A stretch of DNA of 44,189 bases from positions 1 to 44,189 of the IMG/VR virus record IMGVR_UViG_3300017700_000399; one strand, 5' to 3'. The DNA comes from a virus (Duplodnaviria; Caudoviricetes). This document shows, piece by piece, positions 27,399 through 37,132 of this stretch (position 1 is the first letter of the stretch; the number at the start of each line of letters is the position of its first letter). The notes beneath the pieces are model-generated. The model saw only the letters and a program-made list of their open reading frames with translations, ran no database searches and was not told the origin of the DNA. Made by a program: the position numbers and the translations under genes.

Positions 27399-28933
27399 CG
27401 TATCGCCCCTTGCATGTTGCGTACCATAGTGCCGTTTGTTTCATCTTGAACCATGCCAACAGCGCGGCCGGTTGCTTGCGGGCTGTCGCCGCCATTGACG
27501 TGTATGTCCGTTTTTTGGTTAATGACGACTTGCTTTCCGGCGCCGGCGGCGGTACCGCCTAATCGACTTTGCGCGGCCGCGGTAAGCTCGGCGGCGCCGT
27601 ACGGGTTGTACCCTTGCTCGTGTTGGATCATGGCGCCCATCATGCGCGAAAGGACGGCCGGGTCTTTGAGGTCGAGTTTGTCGTTTTCGCCCACGCCTAG
27701 CCGTTTGGATATGGCGTCGACGTACGCGCCGGTATTGTTCTCGTTAGAGGGCGCCCAACGCGCCACAATCGACCGCACCGTGTTTAAACCGTACTTGTTG
27801 TAATACGCAAGGATATTGCCGGCCATCGCGCCCAAACCCTCGCCCGGCGAGTTGAACGAGGCAAAGCCGTTTTGTACCGGCGCGCTACCCCATGACCGTA
27901 AATTGCCCGGGTTGTTTTGACGTAGGCCGAGCGGCAACCGTCCGCCTTTTGGGGGCGGGGCGGTCGTTGTCGGGGCGCCTGGGGTCGGCGCAACCGTGAC
28001 CGGTACCGGAGCGGCCGGAGTCGGGTTTGCGGAACGGGAACCGCCGGGGCGGTACGAGTCGCGCCACTCGTTAATAGCCTCGAAACCTTGACGGAAAGGC
28101 GTTGTAAATCCTTTCCAGTAATTCCCCTTGGCGATTTCCGCTTGCGCCTCGGACGAACTGTCCGCGATCGCTTTTACGTTCGGGTGCTCGTCAAGGTTGA
28201 ATTTCGCCCAGTAGTCGAGAGTCGTTACGGCAATCTCGTTAAATTCGCGAAAGGTCGGCAAAAGTTCTATCGCCAGGCGATCACGTAGGACGCCCGCGCG
28301 TTCGGAAATGTCGCGTAGTGAGTTGGCGTACTCTTTGCCCGCCTCGGCGGCCGCTTGCGCGTCAATGCCGGCGCGTTTGTTTAATTCTTGGCGTTCCCGC
28401 TCATACTTGAGCAACTCCGGCATGCCGTCCTTGAGCATCAAGAACGTTTTTTCGTCGATACCGAACATCGACGCGTATTGCGACCCGATGAAATGCGGCA
28501 TTGAGGAGAGTTTTTGTACGAGCTCGAGCATTACCTCGGCTTGGTCCAGACCGGCGGTACTCTTACCGAGTAAGCCGTCCATCAAACCGCGGAGACCCGG
28601 GTTTGTACGGGCCGCCGCTGTCATGCTCTCGAGGGCTTCGCGCGCTTGGCCGGCGGCGAGGCCGATTTGACGCGAGCCAAACTCGAGGGCTTGGAGATTT
28701 TGTACCGAGGAGTTTGTGCGCTTAGACGAGTAATACAGTTTTTCCATTGAGGACGAAAACTGTATTACCATCGCCTCGGCCGCAACAGCGACGCCAACAA
28801 TAGTCCGGCCTAGTGCTTTGGCCGTCTTGTCCGACTCTTTAATTCCGCCAAGGAAATTACGTAAGCCGGCTTGGTCTATTTGGAAACCGAGGCTAACTAA
28901 AAACTGTTTAATTACGTCGGTATCGCCAGCCAT
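27395..28933 (-). CDS. Tape measure protein with C-terminal lysozyme-like domain
   Basis: I..FLVSLGF N-terminus, helical body, R.NNPGNLR...F..F...RWAP..ENNT.AY domain. Confidence 0.88.
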   Translation of the reverse strand: MAGDTDVIKQFLVSLGFQIDQAGLRNFLGGIKESDKTAKALGRTIVGVAVAAEAMVIQFSSSMEKLYYSSKRTNSSVQNLQALEFGSRQIGLAAGQAREALESMTAAARTNPGLRGLMDGLLGKSTAGLDQAEVMLELVQKLSSMPHFIGSQYASMFGIDEKTFLMLKDGMPELLKYERERQELNKRAGIDAQAAAEAGKEYANSLRDISERAGVLRDRLAIELLPTFREFNEIAVTTLDYWAKFNLDEHPNVKAIADSSSEAQAEIAKGNYWKGFTTPFRQGFEAINEWRDSYRPGGSRSANPTPAAPVPVTVAPTPGAPTTTAPPPKGGRLPLGLRQNNPGNLRSWGSAPVQNGFASFNSPGEGLGAMAGNILAYYNKYGLNTVRSIVARWAPSNENNTGAYVDAISKRLGVGENDKLDLKDPAVLSRMMGAMIQHEQGYNPYGAAELTAAAQSRLGGTAAGAGKQVVINQKTDIHVNGGDSPQATGRAVGMVQDETNGTMVRNMQGAIR

Positions 28934-28934
28934 T

Positions 28935-29102
28935 TTATTTCCCCGCCCATTCGGCTATACGTCGTTTATTTTCGTCCTCGACGTCGATCGCTTCGTTCAT
29001 TCGCATCATGTCGCACAAGTCGACCGTGCAATCTTTGAGGCTTTCGTATGAACACAATCCGCGCAATACTGGCCGCATTATCCAACCCTCGCCGTCGGCC
29101 AT
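28935..29102 (-). CDS. Tail-assembly chaperone C-terminal (T-like) frame, 55 aa from its own ATG; absent from the ORF track
   Basis: MADGEGWIMRPVLRGLCSYESLKDCTVDLCDMMRMNEAID...; open in the -1 frame back to the slippery site 29168-29174. Confidence 0.75.
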   Translation of the reverse strand: MADGEGWIMRPVLRGLCSYESLKDCTVDLCDMMRMNEAIDVEDENKRRIAEWAGK

Positions 29103-29140
29103 TACGGCCAAATCAGGTCCGGCGCTTCCCGTCCTATTAC

Positions 29141-29629
29141 CTAGTTCGGGGTTGCGAGGGCGTGCGTAAAATTTCCAAGATTGTGGCCGATGGCCGCGAG
29201 TACGAGTTGCATCATTTCCGGCAATTGCATGTCGTGGAACAAAAAGCCGCTTCCCTCGACGTATGCCGCTTGCCAGCCGCCGTTATTGTCGACCTCGCGA
29301 GAACACACGGACAAACACTCGTTAATAATGTACTCGCTGTCGGCGTTGGACATGTGCGCAAAGACGTCGACCAAGGGGCCGGCGGCTTGGATAACCGCGC
29401 CCATAAGCGCGCCGTCCTCGAGCGATTTCAGACCCTTGACAATGTTTTCCATCGTCATAGGGACGCCCTCGGGTAACGCCTCTTTCAAGACAGCGCCGCC
29501 GGAGCGAGCCAACGCCCATACCGCCGGCGCCAAACGTCGCGCGACATGCAATTGCCGCATAACGTCGAGCTTGGCGATTTGGTAGTTATGGCCGCCGAGT
29601 TCCAACTCTTTAACGAGTACGGCCGCCAT
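29141..29629 (-). CDS. Tail assembly chaperone (G-like)
   Basis: Between tube and tape measure genes; Q.HVARRLAP; ends NLGNF at the slippery heptamer. Confidence 0.85.
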   Translation of the reverse strand: MAAVLVKELELGGHNYQIAKLDVMRQLHVARRLAPAVWALARSGGAVLKEALPEGVPMTMENIVKGLKSLEDGALMGAVIQAAGPLVDVFAHMSNADSEYIINECLSVCSREVDNNGGWQAAYVEGSGFLFHDMQLPEMMQLVLAAIGHNLGNFTHALATPN

Positions 29630-30066
29630 TATTTGCCGAGTCCGAAGTCTGTATCGATTGCGTTAAAACGCCACTCGTTAAAGCGGCCGTCTTTGGCGTA
29701 TTCGATCATCGGGATTTTTGCAAACGCGACTTGTTGCGCCGTAATCGTATCGTTCAAGGCGGTATTTACAGTCGTGATTGTGTTTTGCCCGAAGTTGGCC
29801 GCGCTCGAGCGTTGGAACGCCAGTACGGCAGCGAGCAAACCGTTAAGCGGCGACGTCTTGAGCACGCGTACAGTAATGTTCGAGCTACGGTCGGAGTACA
29901 AATTGTGATGCCCTTGGCCGTCGGCGCCAATCGTCATGCCGGACAAATCGCCGGCCGGTTCGATCGAGATACCTTCCTCGGCAATGCCCGCGCCGTAACC
30001 GAGGTTCAACATGCAACCCGGCCCAACCATCGAGCATTGAGTATTCATAAAAGCGTATGTTTTCAT
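29629..30066 (-). CDS. Tail tube protein (DUF3277-like)
   Basis: G.AEEGI, M.IGADG, TSP.N, W.F; follows the sheath gene. Confidence 0.88.
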   Translation of the reverse strand: MKTYAFMNTQCSMVGPGCMLNLGYGAGIAEEGISIEPAGDLSGMTIGADGQGHHNLYSDRSSNITVRVLKTSPLNGLLAAVLAFQRSSAANFGQNTITTVNTALNDTITAQQVAFAKIPMIEYAKDGRFNEWRFNAIDTDFGLGK

Positions 30067-30081
30067 GGTCTAGGCGCTCCC

Positions 30082-31584
30082 TTAACGCGAGATATTGAGT
30101 TGCAAGTCGAACGAGTGAACAGCGCCCGCGCATTTGAGCGCAACCTGAATCGGTACCGACTTACGCGCTTGGCGATCCGGTTTCGATTGAGACGCGACCG
30201 GCGGAGCATAGACGTAAAAGCCTTTCTCCAAAAAGTCTCCCTCGGACAGATTGCCGAATCCGTTTTGGTCCCATACGCCCGGAGCCGCATAGCCGTTCGT
30301 TACATACTTGTAGCAAACGCGCTCGCAAGTCGTAACCGACATGTTTGTACCGGCGTCAGTTTGCGGAATTTTGGTCGGCGAGGTGTACAGCAGGTTAAAC
30401 AGTTCGTTTTGCAGGTCGACCGCGATCGCATCGGCGCCGGTAATCGTGTCGATAAAATCGCCCGAGCCGACTACGCCGTTTTGGATAATTGCCGTGTCGT
30501 TGTCGTAATTGACAAAGACGTTACAATTTTTCGCCGCCAACGCTTGCGCCTGGGTCTCGCCGATTGATTCCGCAATAACGCTCGGCTCGCCTTTGTACAT
30601 CAAGGTAATTGCCGTGTTGTTGCCGTTCCAGTTGGTCGAGAACGCTTTCGCCATGAGCGAGATTACCGCGTGCGCGTCTTGGCTCGAGTATTGCGTCATG
30701 GTTTTGCTATACGACAATGCCTCGATACGGGAGGCGATATCGTCGGTAACCACGGTTGACAATACGCCGCCGTCCTGCGTGTTAATGCCGTACATGTGCT
30801 TGTTGTTGGTCGCTTCTAGGAAACCCGCAACGTCGACATTTTCGTCGTCGTCGGCTTCCGGGATATTCATGCCGTACCAGGTGCGGCCGAATTGACCGTC
30901 GAACAATACCGCCGCGTCAAGGGCGGTTTCTGCGACGATGCCGTCGGCGACATACGCGCCACTATTGGTTGAACGTAAGCCGGCCATGCTCGAGATATCG
31001 ACGCCGGTTGCCGCGGCTAATGCGAACGTCACCTTAGACGCCGCGCCGGTCGTGCCGGAGTCGAACTCGAAACGAGTGTAAATCGCGTTGTATTTGACGG
31101 TCATCGCTGTAAACGCTGCGTTAGCCGCACGGATGGCGGTTTGCATAATGCTTGCGACGCCGTTTAAATTCGTTTGCGCGGCAAAGGTCATGCCGGTAAC
31201 GTCAATCGGGGCGATCGCGTCGATGCCGATTTTAAGCGAACCGGTCGTAATCGCCGCCCACGGGGCAATACTTTGATTTGCGACCAAGAGCGGCGCGCCG
31301 ACCAATCGGCCAGCGGTTGCGGTTTTAGCCCACCGGCCGACTTTGAATTCGGAGGCTTGCGGTTGTTGCGCGAATGCTTTTTGCGCGGCTTTGTATACGT
31401 CCGAGGACGAGCCGAAGTCGTCCGCGATCGTAACGAGCGAAGTATACGAGCGGAGGCGCTCGATTACGTCGATAACGTTACTCGAGGACAATAGTAGAAT
31501 GGTCGAAAGGTTTTGCGCCTGGGCGGCCAGTGCCGCTAAGATAACGTTAACCTTGACGAGGCGCGATACGGAAAGTTGAGACAT
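30082..31584 (-). CDS. Tail sheath protein (DUF3383-like)
   Basis: 500 aa; Y.AA...F.Q.P, KIPQTDAG, R..RKS.PI......AGAVH. Confidence 0.9.
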   Translation of the reverse strand: MSQLSVSRLVKVNVILAALAAQAQNLSTILLLSSSNVIDVIERLRSYTSLVTIADDFGSSSDVYKAAQKAFAQQPQASEFKVGRWAKTATAGRLVGAPLLVANQSIAPWAAITTGSLKIGIDAIAPIDVTGMTFAAQTNLNGVASIMQTAIRAANAAFTAMTVKYNAIYTRFEFDSGTTGAASKVTFALAAATGVDISSMAGLRSTNSGAYVADGIVAETALDAAVLFDGQFGRTWYGMNIPEADDDENVDVAGFLEATNNKHMYGINTQDGGVLSTVVTDDIASRIEALSYSKTMTQYSSQDAHAVISLMAKAFSTNWNGNNTAITLMYKGEPSVIAESIGETQAQALAAKNCNVFVNYDNDTAIIQNGVVGSGDFIDTITGADAIAVDLQNELFNLLYTSPTKIPQTDAGTNMSVTTCERVCYKYVTNGYAAPGVWDQNGFGNLSEGDFLEKGFYVYAPPVASQSKPDRQARKSVPIQVALKCAGAVHSFDLQLNISR

Positions 31585-31604
31585 TGCGGTTCCCCTTTTG
31601 CTTT

Positions 31605-32195
31605 TTACGGCTCTACGATAATTTCGGTAATGTACCCGTCCGCGTTTAACTCGACGCCGGCGGTAAGAATGTTTTGTACTGCGTAAGTCCTTGTTACCGC
31701 GCGACGGAAATACAACAACAAGTCGTAGCGGTCAAGCCATTGCATATTGACGCTTTCGGGTACTGCCCGAATTGTACCTGCGGAAATAAAACAAATGGAA
31801 TTTAATTGCAGTTCTTCAAGATTTTGCGGTATGGCAATACCATCCTCGAGCAATTGCGCAACGCCTTTCGCGGCCGGCCCGTAAAACGAGGCGATCACGG
31901 TTATGTCTTTATGGCGTGTATACGTGTCTTGTCCGAGCCCCTCGTCGGCGTCCGGATCGTGCGCGATAACCGGGCCGGCGTCGGCGTTGTCCTCGGTTAC
32001 ACCAAAGGCGCACCAATTGACGGTAGAGGCGGGGCGTTTAGGCGGTTTCTTTTGCCATTTCGGGCGCACGAGTTCGCCGGCGAGACCGGTAATACCTGCG
32101 ATCGCTCCGGAGAAAATGTCGTCGAGCGCGTCGTCCTCGACGAGTGGCGCCGAGGTCGGGGTTAGATAGCCGCCGCTTGCCGAAGTGTTAGCCAT
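31605..32195 (-). CDS. Neck / tail terminator protein
   Basis: NTSASGGYL.P, GITGL...LVRP.WQ, SFYGP; synteny. Confidence 0.75.
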   Translation of the reverse strand: MANTSASGGYLTPTSAPLVEDDALDDIFSGAIAGITGLAGELVRPKWQKKPPKRPASTVNWCAFGVTEDNADAGPVIAHDPDADEGLGQDTYTRHKDITVIASFYGPAAKGVAQLLEDGIAIPQNLEELQLNSICFISAGTIRAVPESVNMQWLDRYDLLLYFRRAVTRTYAVQNILTAGVELNADGYITEIIVEP

Positions 32196-32550
32196 TGTCG
32201 ACCCCGTCCGGATTGCATACGGCCCAGTTGACGCCGTGGATAAGGTAGTCGGCGATTTGGTTTACGGCGTACCGTTTGCCGTTCCAAAGGATGATATCGG
32301 CCTCGACCGTGGCGCCGTCCATGCGCAACGGAAACGCGGTCGTCACGAGGATAGATCCTTTTACGTACGTGTACTCGGGGAAGCGGTCAAGAATGGCGCC
32401 GGAGTCCTGCGTCACGATGCCGCCAAAGTCGGTCGTCGCCTCGGTATTGACCGCGCGGCCCTTGTCGTTGACGGTCTCGGTAACGCGTACGCATTGTAAC
32501 GTCGTGGCGCCGAGCTCCTCACAGTCTAAAACGTCGTCCAGGTCAATCAT
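32188..32550 (-). CDS. Head-closure / head-tail joining protein
   Basis: 120 aa; AD.I.W.G..Y pattern; synteny. Confidence 0.7.
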   Translation of the reverse strand: MIDLDDVLDCEELGATTLQCVRVTETVNDKGRAVNTEATTDFGGIVTQDSGAILDRFPEYTYVKGSILVTTAFPLRMDGATVEADIILWNGKRYAVNQIADYLIHGVNWAVCNPDGVDNG

Positions 32551-33137
32551 TTTTTCCTCACGACGTAACTAATAGAGTTGTTCAATTCGCCCGTATCGAG
32601 GAGCGGGGTTTCTCCCGTGCGTCCTTTCGCCCGGCGGCGGCGTTTCGTACTTTCTGATAACTCCGGGGCAATGCCGCCGGTAATCACGGCTCGGACGGAG
32701 CTAACCGCCTCGAGGCCCGCTTTGTTCAATTCAATTTCAGCGCCGGCACCGTCTCCCCGTAATACCGCTCGCATCGCCTTTTCTAATCGCGGCGTCGTCT
32801 TTGGCTCGGCGTTGATTACGCCAGGCTCGAGGAACGGGCGGGGCGGTATGACGATTTCGTGCGCCGGTACCGTATGGGACGTCGTACTCGTGGCTTTCTT
32901 CGCCTTGGAAAATTTGCCGTTGCGTCGATTTACGGACGCCTCTTTTTCCGGTACTTGTATCGTCGACCCGTACGTCTGTATATAACCGATTTGCGCGTTA
33001 TTCAAAGGCCCGTCATCGTCGCGTGCCGCTTTATCCGACGGTATGCCGACCAGTACGTCCAAACCCATAAGCCTATCGAGAGACTTCATTATTTTTGCGA
33101 CGTCGTCTCGAACGACCTTAACTCCGGACTTTGCCAT
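32547..33137 (-). CDS. Neck / tail-completion protein
   Basis: VLVGIP, NA.IGYI..YG, IP.RPFL, PL.DTG.L..SI.Y. Confidence 0.8.
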   Translation of the reverse strand: MAKSGVKVVRDDVAKIMKSLDRLMGLDVLVGIPSDKAARDDDGPLNNAQIGYIQTYGSTIQVPEKEASVNRRNGKFSKAKKATSTTSHTVPAHEIVIPPRPFLEPGVINAEPKTTPRLEKAMRAVLRGDGAGAEIELNKAGLEAVSSVRAVITGGIAPELSESTKRRRRAKGRTGETPLLDTGELNNSISYVVRKK

Positions 33138-33523
33138 TAGTAAAGCTGTACGGCGCCAGCCCCGGCCATTTGCAACAACCACCAAAAACGCTGCCCGTAG
33201 TTGGTCGCGTTCCAGAATCCGGCGTCGACCATCGTGACCGATCCGGTATCGTATGAAACGCTTACCTTGTCCACGGTCTTGGACGAAATGGGAGCGATAC
33301 TTGCTCCCGCTCCGGATCCGCCACTCTTTTGATTACGGGCGCCGATCACGAGTTGATGAGCGACAAATAGCTCGGTACCGAGGTCGAGCTCGTCGGCCCA
33401 ACGTTCCGCGCGCAACAATTTTCCCGCTTGCGTAAGCCAGAAAGTAACCATCGTATCCGGGTACTTCGTGGCGTCCGTAAACTCGGGAAAATCGACTCGA
33501 AATTGAGCGACCGTAATCGTCAT
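33137..33523 (-). CDS. Head-tail adaptor (DUF4054-like)
   Basis: FR.DFPEF, L..AH, SK.V..VSVSYD, W..T.YG..F. Confidence 0.85.
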   Translation of the reverse strand: MTITVAQFRVDFPEFTDATKYPDTMVTFWLTQAGKLLRAERWADELDLGTELFVAHQLVIGARNQKSGGSGAGASIAPISSKTVDKVSVSYDTGSVTMVDAGFWNATNYGQRFWWLLQMAGAGAVQLY

Positions 33524-33529
33524 GGCGTA

Positions 33530-33916
33530 TTACTCGCCGGCCGCTTCGTACGCTGCGACAACCGATTCCAACTCGGCGATACGCGCGTTTGCTGCGACGA
33601 GTGCTTTACCATCTTTTGCGCCGGCGAGTTGCTTTTCGAGGGACTCGATTTTCGCGTTTGCTTTAGCAACGATTTTCGAGCCGGCTTCGTTCGCGGCGAG
33701 CAATTCGTCGTACTTGGCTTGCAACTCCGGGTCGCCGGTTTCGATCGCCTCGGCGTTCGGGTCGGACAAATGCGCTTTAACGAAAGCGTGCTCCGCGACG
33801 TCAGCGTCGACGGTATTAGCGCCGGCTTGCAACGGTACCGGCTCTTCGCCCTTGCGGTTAAGAATAACAGCGCGGGACAAATGGATTTTTACTTGTTTCT
33901 GTTTTTCGTTCGACAT
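33530..33916 (-). CDS. Hypothetical virion-associated protein
   Basis: VAEH.FVKAH motif plus coiled-coil; immediately downstream of the capsid gene. Confidence 0.75.
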   Translation of the reverse strand: MSNEKQKQVKIHLSRAVILNRKGEEPVPLQAGANTVDADVAEHAFVKAHLSDPNAEAIETGDPELQAKYDELLAANEAGSKIVAKANAKIESLEKQLAGAKDGKALVAANARIAELESVVAAYEAAGE

Positions 33917-33941
33917 GTCAACCCCTAAAGGAATTTTGTTT

Positions 33942-33976
33942 AAAAAGGGCGCGTCCCAAAATGAGAGGCGCCCTTT
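33942..33976 (-). terminator. Intrinsic terminator after the major capsid gene
   Basis: AAAGGGCGC...GCGCCCTTT stem with T-run on the - strand. Confidence 0.7.
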
Positions 33977-34008
33977 GCGGATGAAGCTACGCGGACAAAC
34001 TGGGGCGA

Positions 34009-35061
34009 TTAAATGCCGTCAGCGTACGCGCCAGTTTCCGGGTATACCCATTCGACGCAACCCAGGCGGCAAAAATATGTCGTCAGTTGGTTGAGCGAGC
34101 GGTATTCCAGCGGAGTGCGTTGTACCGGAACCAATGGGAAGCGGACACGAGTTTTGTCATTCGTGTAAGCGACCATACGGTCGGTAGCGCCAGCGCCGGC
34201 GCCGGTCAACCATTTGACGGGGTTGATGTTCAGCGGTACGCCGTTTTTCGCGAACGAAATACAGTTCATGCGGACATATTCCAGAATCGAAATATTGCCG
34301 GCGTCGGAAACCTTGCGGGTAACCAACGTACCGAATTTCAAAGGCGGCAACAGCAGGTCGCGCGGGCAAATTGCGAAACCGGATTGTTGCCAACCGCGGT
34401 ACAGAATTTCGTTGATATCGGCGAGGATTTCGTCCGGAGTAGTGGTCGGGTTCGCCCAGTCACCATTCGAGACGTTAGCCAGGCTAATACCTGCGTCGTT
34501 CAACAAACCGGTTTGCGACAATTGGGTATCGCCGATATAGATTTGCTCGTCAATATCCATATTGCGCTTCATTTCCATACCGGCGACCTTTTGCGAGTCG
34601 ACCGGACGGCCCAGTTTTTGCGCGCTTTCCAATTCTGGAATAGTCCAGCCCAATTCCATGCCCCAAAGGGTCAACGGTTTGGCCGTTTTGCCGATATCGA
34701 GCGCCAGGCCTTTAATGGTCGTAGTGTCTTTACCGATCCAGTTTTTACCTTGTGCGCTTGGCCCGCCAGCCGCCGCGAACGACGAGTTAGTGAAGGAGGA
34801 CATTTCGTCCGCGATCGTCACGTCTTCGCGCAATTGAATGTCGCGACCCCATGAAACGTCCACGAGTGGCAGGTTCAAGGTTTGGTCGAGGCGTTCCAGT
34901 TCGCCAACGAGGAACGCGCCGGCACTGTCGACGGTTTGCGCGTCGAAAGTCATCAAGCCGTCATTTGTACGGACGCCTCGAACGGTTTGCGGGCTATACG
35001 CTTGTGCCAAGGCCGAGGCCATGCACGAAGCAAGAATGATGCTCTTTTGTACTTTGCTCAT
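34009..35061 (-). CDS. Major capsid protein (DUF2184-like, 350 aa from MSKVQK)
   Basis: AFL.GELERLD, W...EL, G...GLLN, DRMVAY; GGGAG RBS. Confidence 0.92.
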   Translation of the reverse strand: MSKVQKSIILASCMASALAQAYSPQTVRGVRTNDGLMTFDAQTVDSAGAFLVGELERLDQTLNLPLVDVSWGRDIQLREDVTIADEMSSFTNSSFAAAGGPSAQGKNWIGKDTTTIKGLALDIGKTAKPLTLWGMELGWTIPELESAQKLGRPVDSQKVAGMEMKRNMDIDEQIYIGDTQLSQTGLLNDAGISLANVSNGDWANPTTTPDEILADINEILYRGWQQSGFAICPRDLLLPPLKFGTLVTRKVSDAGNISILEYVRMNCISFAKNGVPLNINPVKWLTGAGAGATDRMVAYTNDKTRVRFPLVPVQRTPLEYRSLNQLTTYFCRLGCVEWVYPETGAYADGI

Positions 35062-35074
35062 GTTCGCCGCTCCC

Positions 35075-35560
35075 TTAAGCGATATTAAATTCGATTTCAA
35101 CGTTTCCGGCAGAGTCGCCCGGATCCTTGAAAGTGCATTTACCGATTGCAACGGTATTCGCGCCGTCCGCAACCGCTTCGATACCGCCGATAGGCTTACC
35201 CGTGGCCGGGTTTGCGATACGGGTATACGCCTGGCTGTTGAGAGCCGGGGTACCTGCGTTGTTTTTGATGGTCATAAAACCGAATCGCAATGCGTCGCCG
35301 ACTTTGCCGGTGCTTACGCCGGTACCGTCCGCGTTAGCGGTTTGGGTCGGGTAAGGGCGGACAAGGAAACCGTAAATTACGGCGGCGGTGTCAGCGGCTT
35401 CCAGCGGTACGAATTTGCCGGCAACGATCTTACCGGGCAAGCCATACGCCGAGAAAGGTTTTGCGGGGTCGAGGACAACTTGCTCGACTACCGATTGCGC
35501 GCGGCGCGAAATGTCACCGGGAATACCCGACGGCATGCGTGTTAAATATGCGTTACCCAT
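35075..35560 (-). CDS. Capsid decoration / cement protein
   Basis: RMP.GI.G..SR, GFLVRPYP, G..EI.FN; between protease and capsid genes. Confidence 0.8.
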   Translation of the reverse strand: MGNAYLTRMPSGIPGDISRRAQSVVEQVVLDPAKPFSAYGLPGKIVAGKFVPLEAADTAAVIYGFLVRPYPTQTANADGTGVSTGKVGDALRFGFMTIKNNAGTPALNSQAYTRIANPATGKPIGGIEAVADGANTVAIGKCTFKDPGDSAGNVEIEFNIA

Positions 35561-35573
35561 GAGGTACCCCCAA

Positions 35574-36839
35574 TTAAGATTTTTTGTAAAACTCGGAATT
35601 ACGAGCGTTGATTGTGGCGGCCGATGTTGGCGCGCCAAAATCTTTCGTTTTAAGAGCCGTTACGGCGCCCTTAGAGTTGTTCTTTTGTCGCGCCAATTCT
35701 GACGCGGCGAGGAACACGGTACCGACCTGGTCGACGGTCAACGCGTCGAGGGTACGGCCGCCGAGCAATCCAGCGAAAGCCGTTTTACCGTCTTGCGTTT
35801 TCAGTGCTTCGGACAATACTTTGCGCTGTACCGCCGCAACGCCGTTCGCATCGGTCACGCTGTCGAGGGTAGGGGCGGAGAAGCCAGGTACGAGGATTTC
35901 GGCGCGGCTGATTGTGTCGCGCATGCTGTCCTCGGTCTTAACCTTGTTTTCTTCCTCGGCGGCCGCTTCGTCCGCGACGCGTTTTTCTTTTTCTTCCGCG
36001 GTTTCTTCGTCGCCCGTTGGCAACTCGTCGCCGGCTTCGTCTTTGGTCTTGGCTGGCTTGCTCATGTCGGCCACGGTTTTAGCCAAGGTCGCGACGGTTT
36101 GGGTAAGCGTCGAAATAGCGTCGGTTGTTGCTTGGCGCTCTTTCTTTTCTTCCTCGGCGGCCGCTTCGTCCGCGACGCGTTTTTCCTCGGTTTCGGCTTC
36201 GTCGACCGTTTTCTCGATCAAGTCGGAGTCGCCGGTACGGAAGGCGCGGACCAATTTTTGTAACACTGTTGGGGCGGTAGCTTTTGACATGGTTTCCTCG
36301 TCTTGGATTGAGCAGCGCGGACCGGCTCGGCCTCGTTCTACTAGTGCAATATGGTTGCCGATAATGTTTTTCTGATACGCCAAACCCGGCTCGGCTTCAA
36401 TATAGTCCGCATCATACCCTAAAGAAATTTGCCGCATGGACTTTTTTAGCGGGTTCTTGGGGTCGAAGCGTACGAGCTTAATTGCCTTTTCGTCCTTAAT
36501 GAGCAAGTCGCATACCATCAAGTCGCGGTCGATTTCACTACGGCGGAAGTTTTGCCCGTGACCAACCTCGAACGTTTTGACGTTGGAAGGGTCGACAAAT
36601 TGGTGCAACACGGTAACCGATTTGCCCTCGAAACTCGCGACCGTTTCCGGGCGGAATACTTCGGACTCCTCGCGTACAACCGTGATTAAACCGTCGGTAC
36701 CGGCGCGCACGCCTGGTAGGTCGGCGGCGGTATAGATTTGTTTTCCTACGCGAGCGACGGGGACGTTTTCGCAAAGCAAGTAACCCTCGGGGGTTAATGA
36801 CTGCGTCGGGCCGAGCTGTTCGGTAGAGAAAAGTTTCAT
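35574..36839 (-). CDS. Prohead protease-scaffold (DUF2213-like); probable internal scaffold start at 36290
   Basis: TPEGYLLC..VP.AR.G, SFEGK..T..H, S.GYDA, NHIALV..GRAG..C; acidic C-terminal half. Confidence 0.9.
   Translation of the reverse strand: MKLFSTEQLGPTQSLTPEGYLLCENVPVARVGKQIYTAADLPGVRAGTDGLITVVREESEVFRPETVASFEGKSVTVLHQFVDPSNVKTFEVGHGQNFRRSEIDRDLMVCDLLIKDEKAIKLVRFDPKNPLKKSMRQISLGYDADYIEAEPGLAYQKNIIGNHIALVERGRAGPRCSIQDEETMSKATAPTVLQKLVRAFRTGDSDLIEKTVDEAETEEKRVADEAAAEEEKKERQATTDAISTLTQTVATLAKTVADMSKPAKTKDEAGDELPTGDEETAEEKEKRVADEAAAEEENKVKTEDSMRDTISRAEILVPGFSAPTLDSVTDANGVAAVQRKVLSEALKTQDGKTAFAGLLGGRTLDALTVDQVGTVFLAASELARQKNNSKGAVTALKTKDFGAPTSAATINARNSEFYKKS
35947..36185. repeat. 41-bp perfect direct repeat (35947-35987 and 36145-36185) in the scaffold region
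   Basis: ttttcttcctcggcggccgcttcgtccgcgacgcgtttttc twice; encodes EKRVADEAAAEEE. Confidence 0.9.
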
Positions 36840-36926
36840 TTCGTATGCTGTATGGCAATGTTGCGCCTTTATATCATACTTGCCGAACGTAAATACAACA
36901 ATTTATTAGAGGGCGTTAAATAATGC

Positions 36927-36955
36927 TTGCAATGGTCGAATAATGCGACTATTAT
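36927..36955 (+). promoter_or_regulatory. Class I repeated promoter, copy C
   Basis: TTGCAA-tggtcgaataatgcgac-TATTAT. Confidence 0.88.
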
Positions 36956-36985
36956 TCCTACATCGACAACGCACTGGGGAACAAC

Positions 36986-37132
36986 ATGACAAACGTAAGT
37001 AACGAAAAACTCGCAGCAAAATTGGCTTTATCGGTTGCAGCAATGCGCGCTGCTAAAACGGTTCTTTCGGTACCTTGCGCCGCCCCAACACTCAAACGCG
37101 CTTTTACTTACAAAAAGCCGGGCCAACTATGA
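36986..37132 (+). CDS. Hypothetical protein (48 aa); absent from the ORF track
   Basis: GGGGA RBS; MTNVSNEKLAAK...KKPGQL; ATGA overlap with next gene. Confidence 0.6.
   Translation: MTNVSNEKLAAKLALSVAAMRAAKTVLSVPCAAPTLKRAFTYKKPGQL

Noticed and set aside
28935-29102. In-frame fusion of the T-like ORF to the tape measure gene
   Set aside because: TAA at 28937-28935 ends it, and the tape measure ATG is in another frame
29731-30567. Long antisense ORFs (also 268-1026, 7956-8633, 16097-16906, 34087-34854, 35608-36375)
   Set aside because: Shadow frames of well-supported genes in GC-rich DNA, with no motifs or RBS
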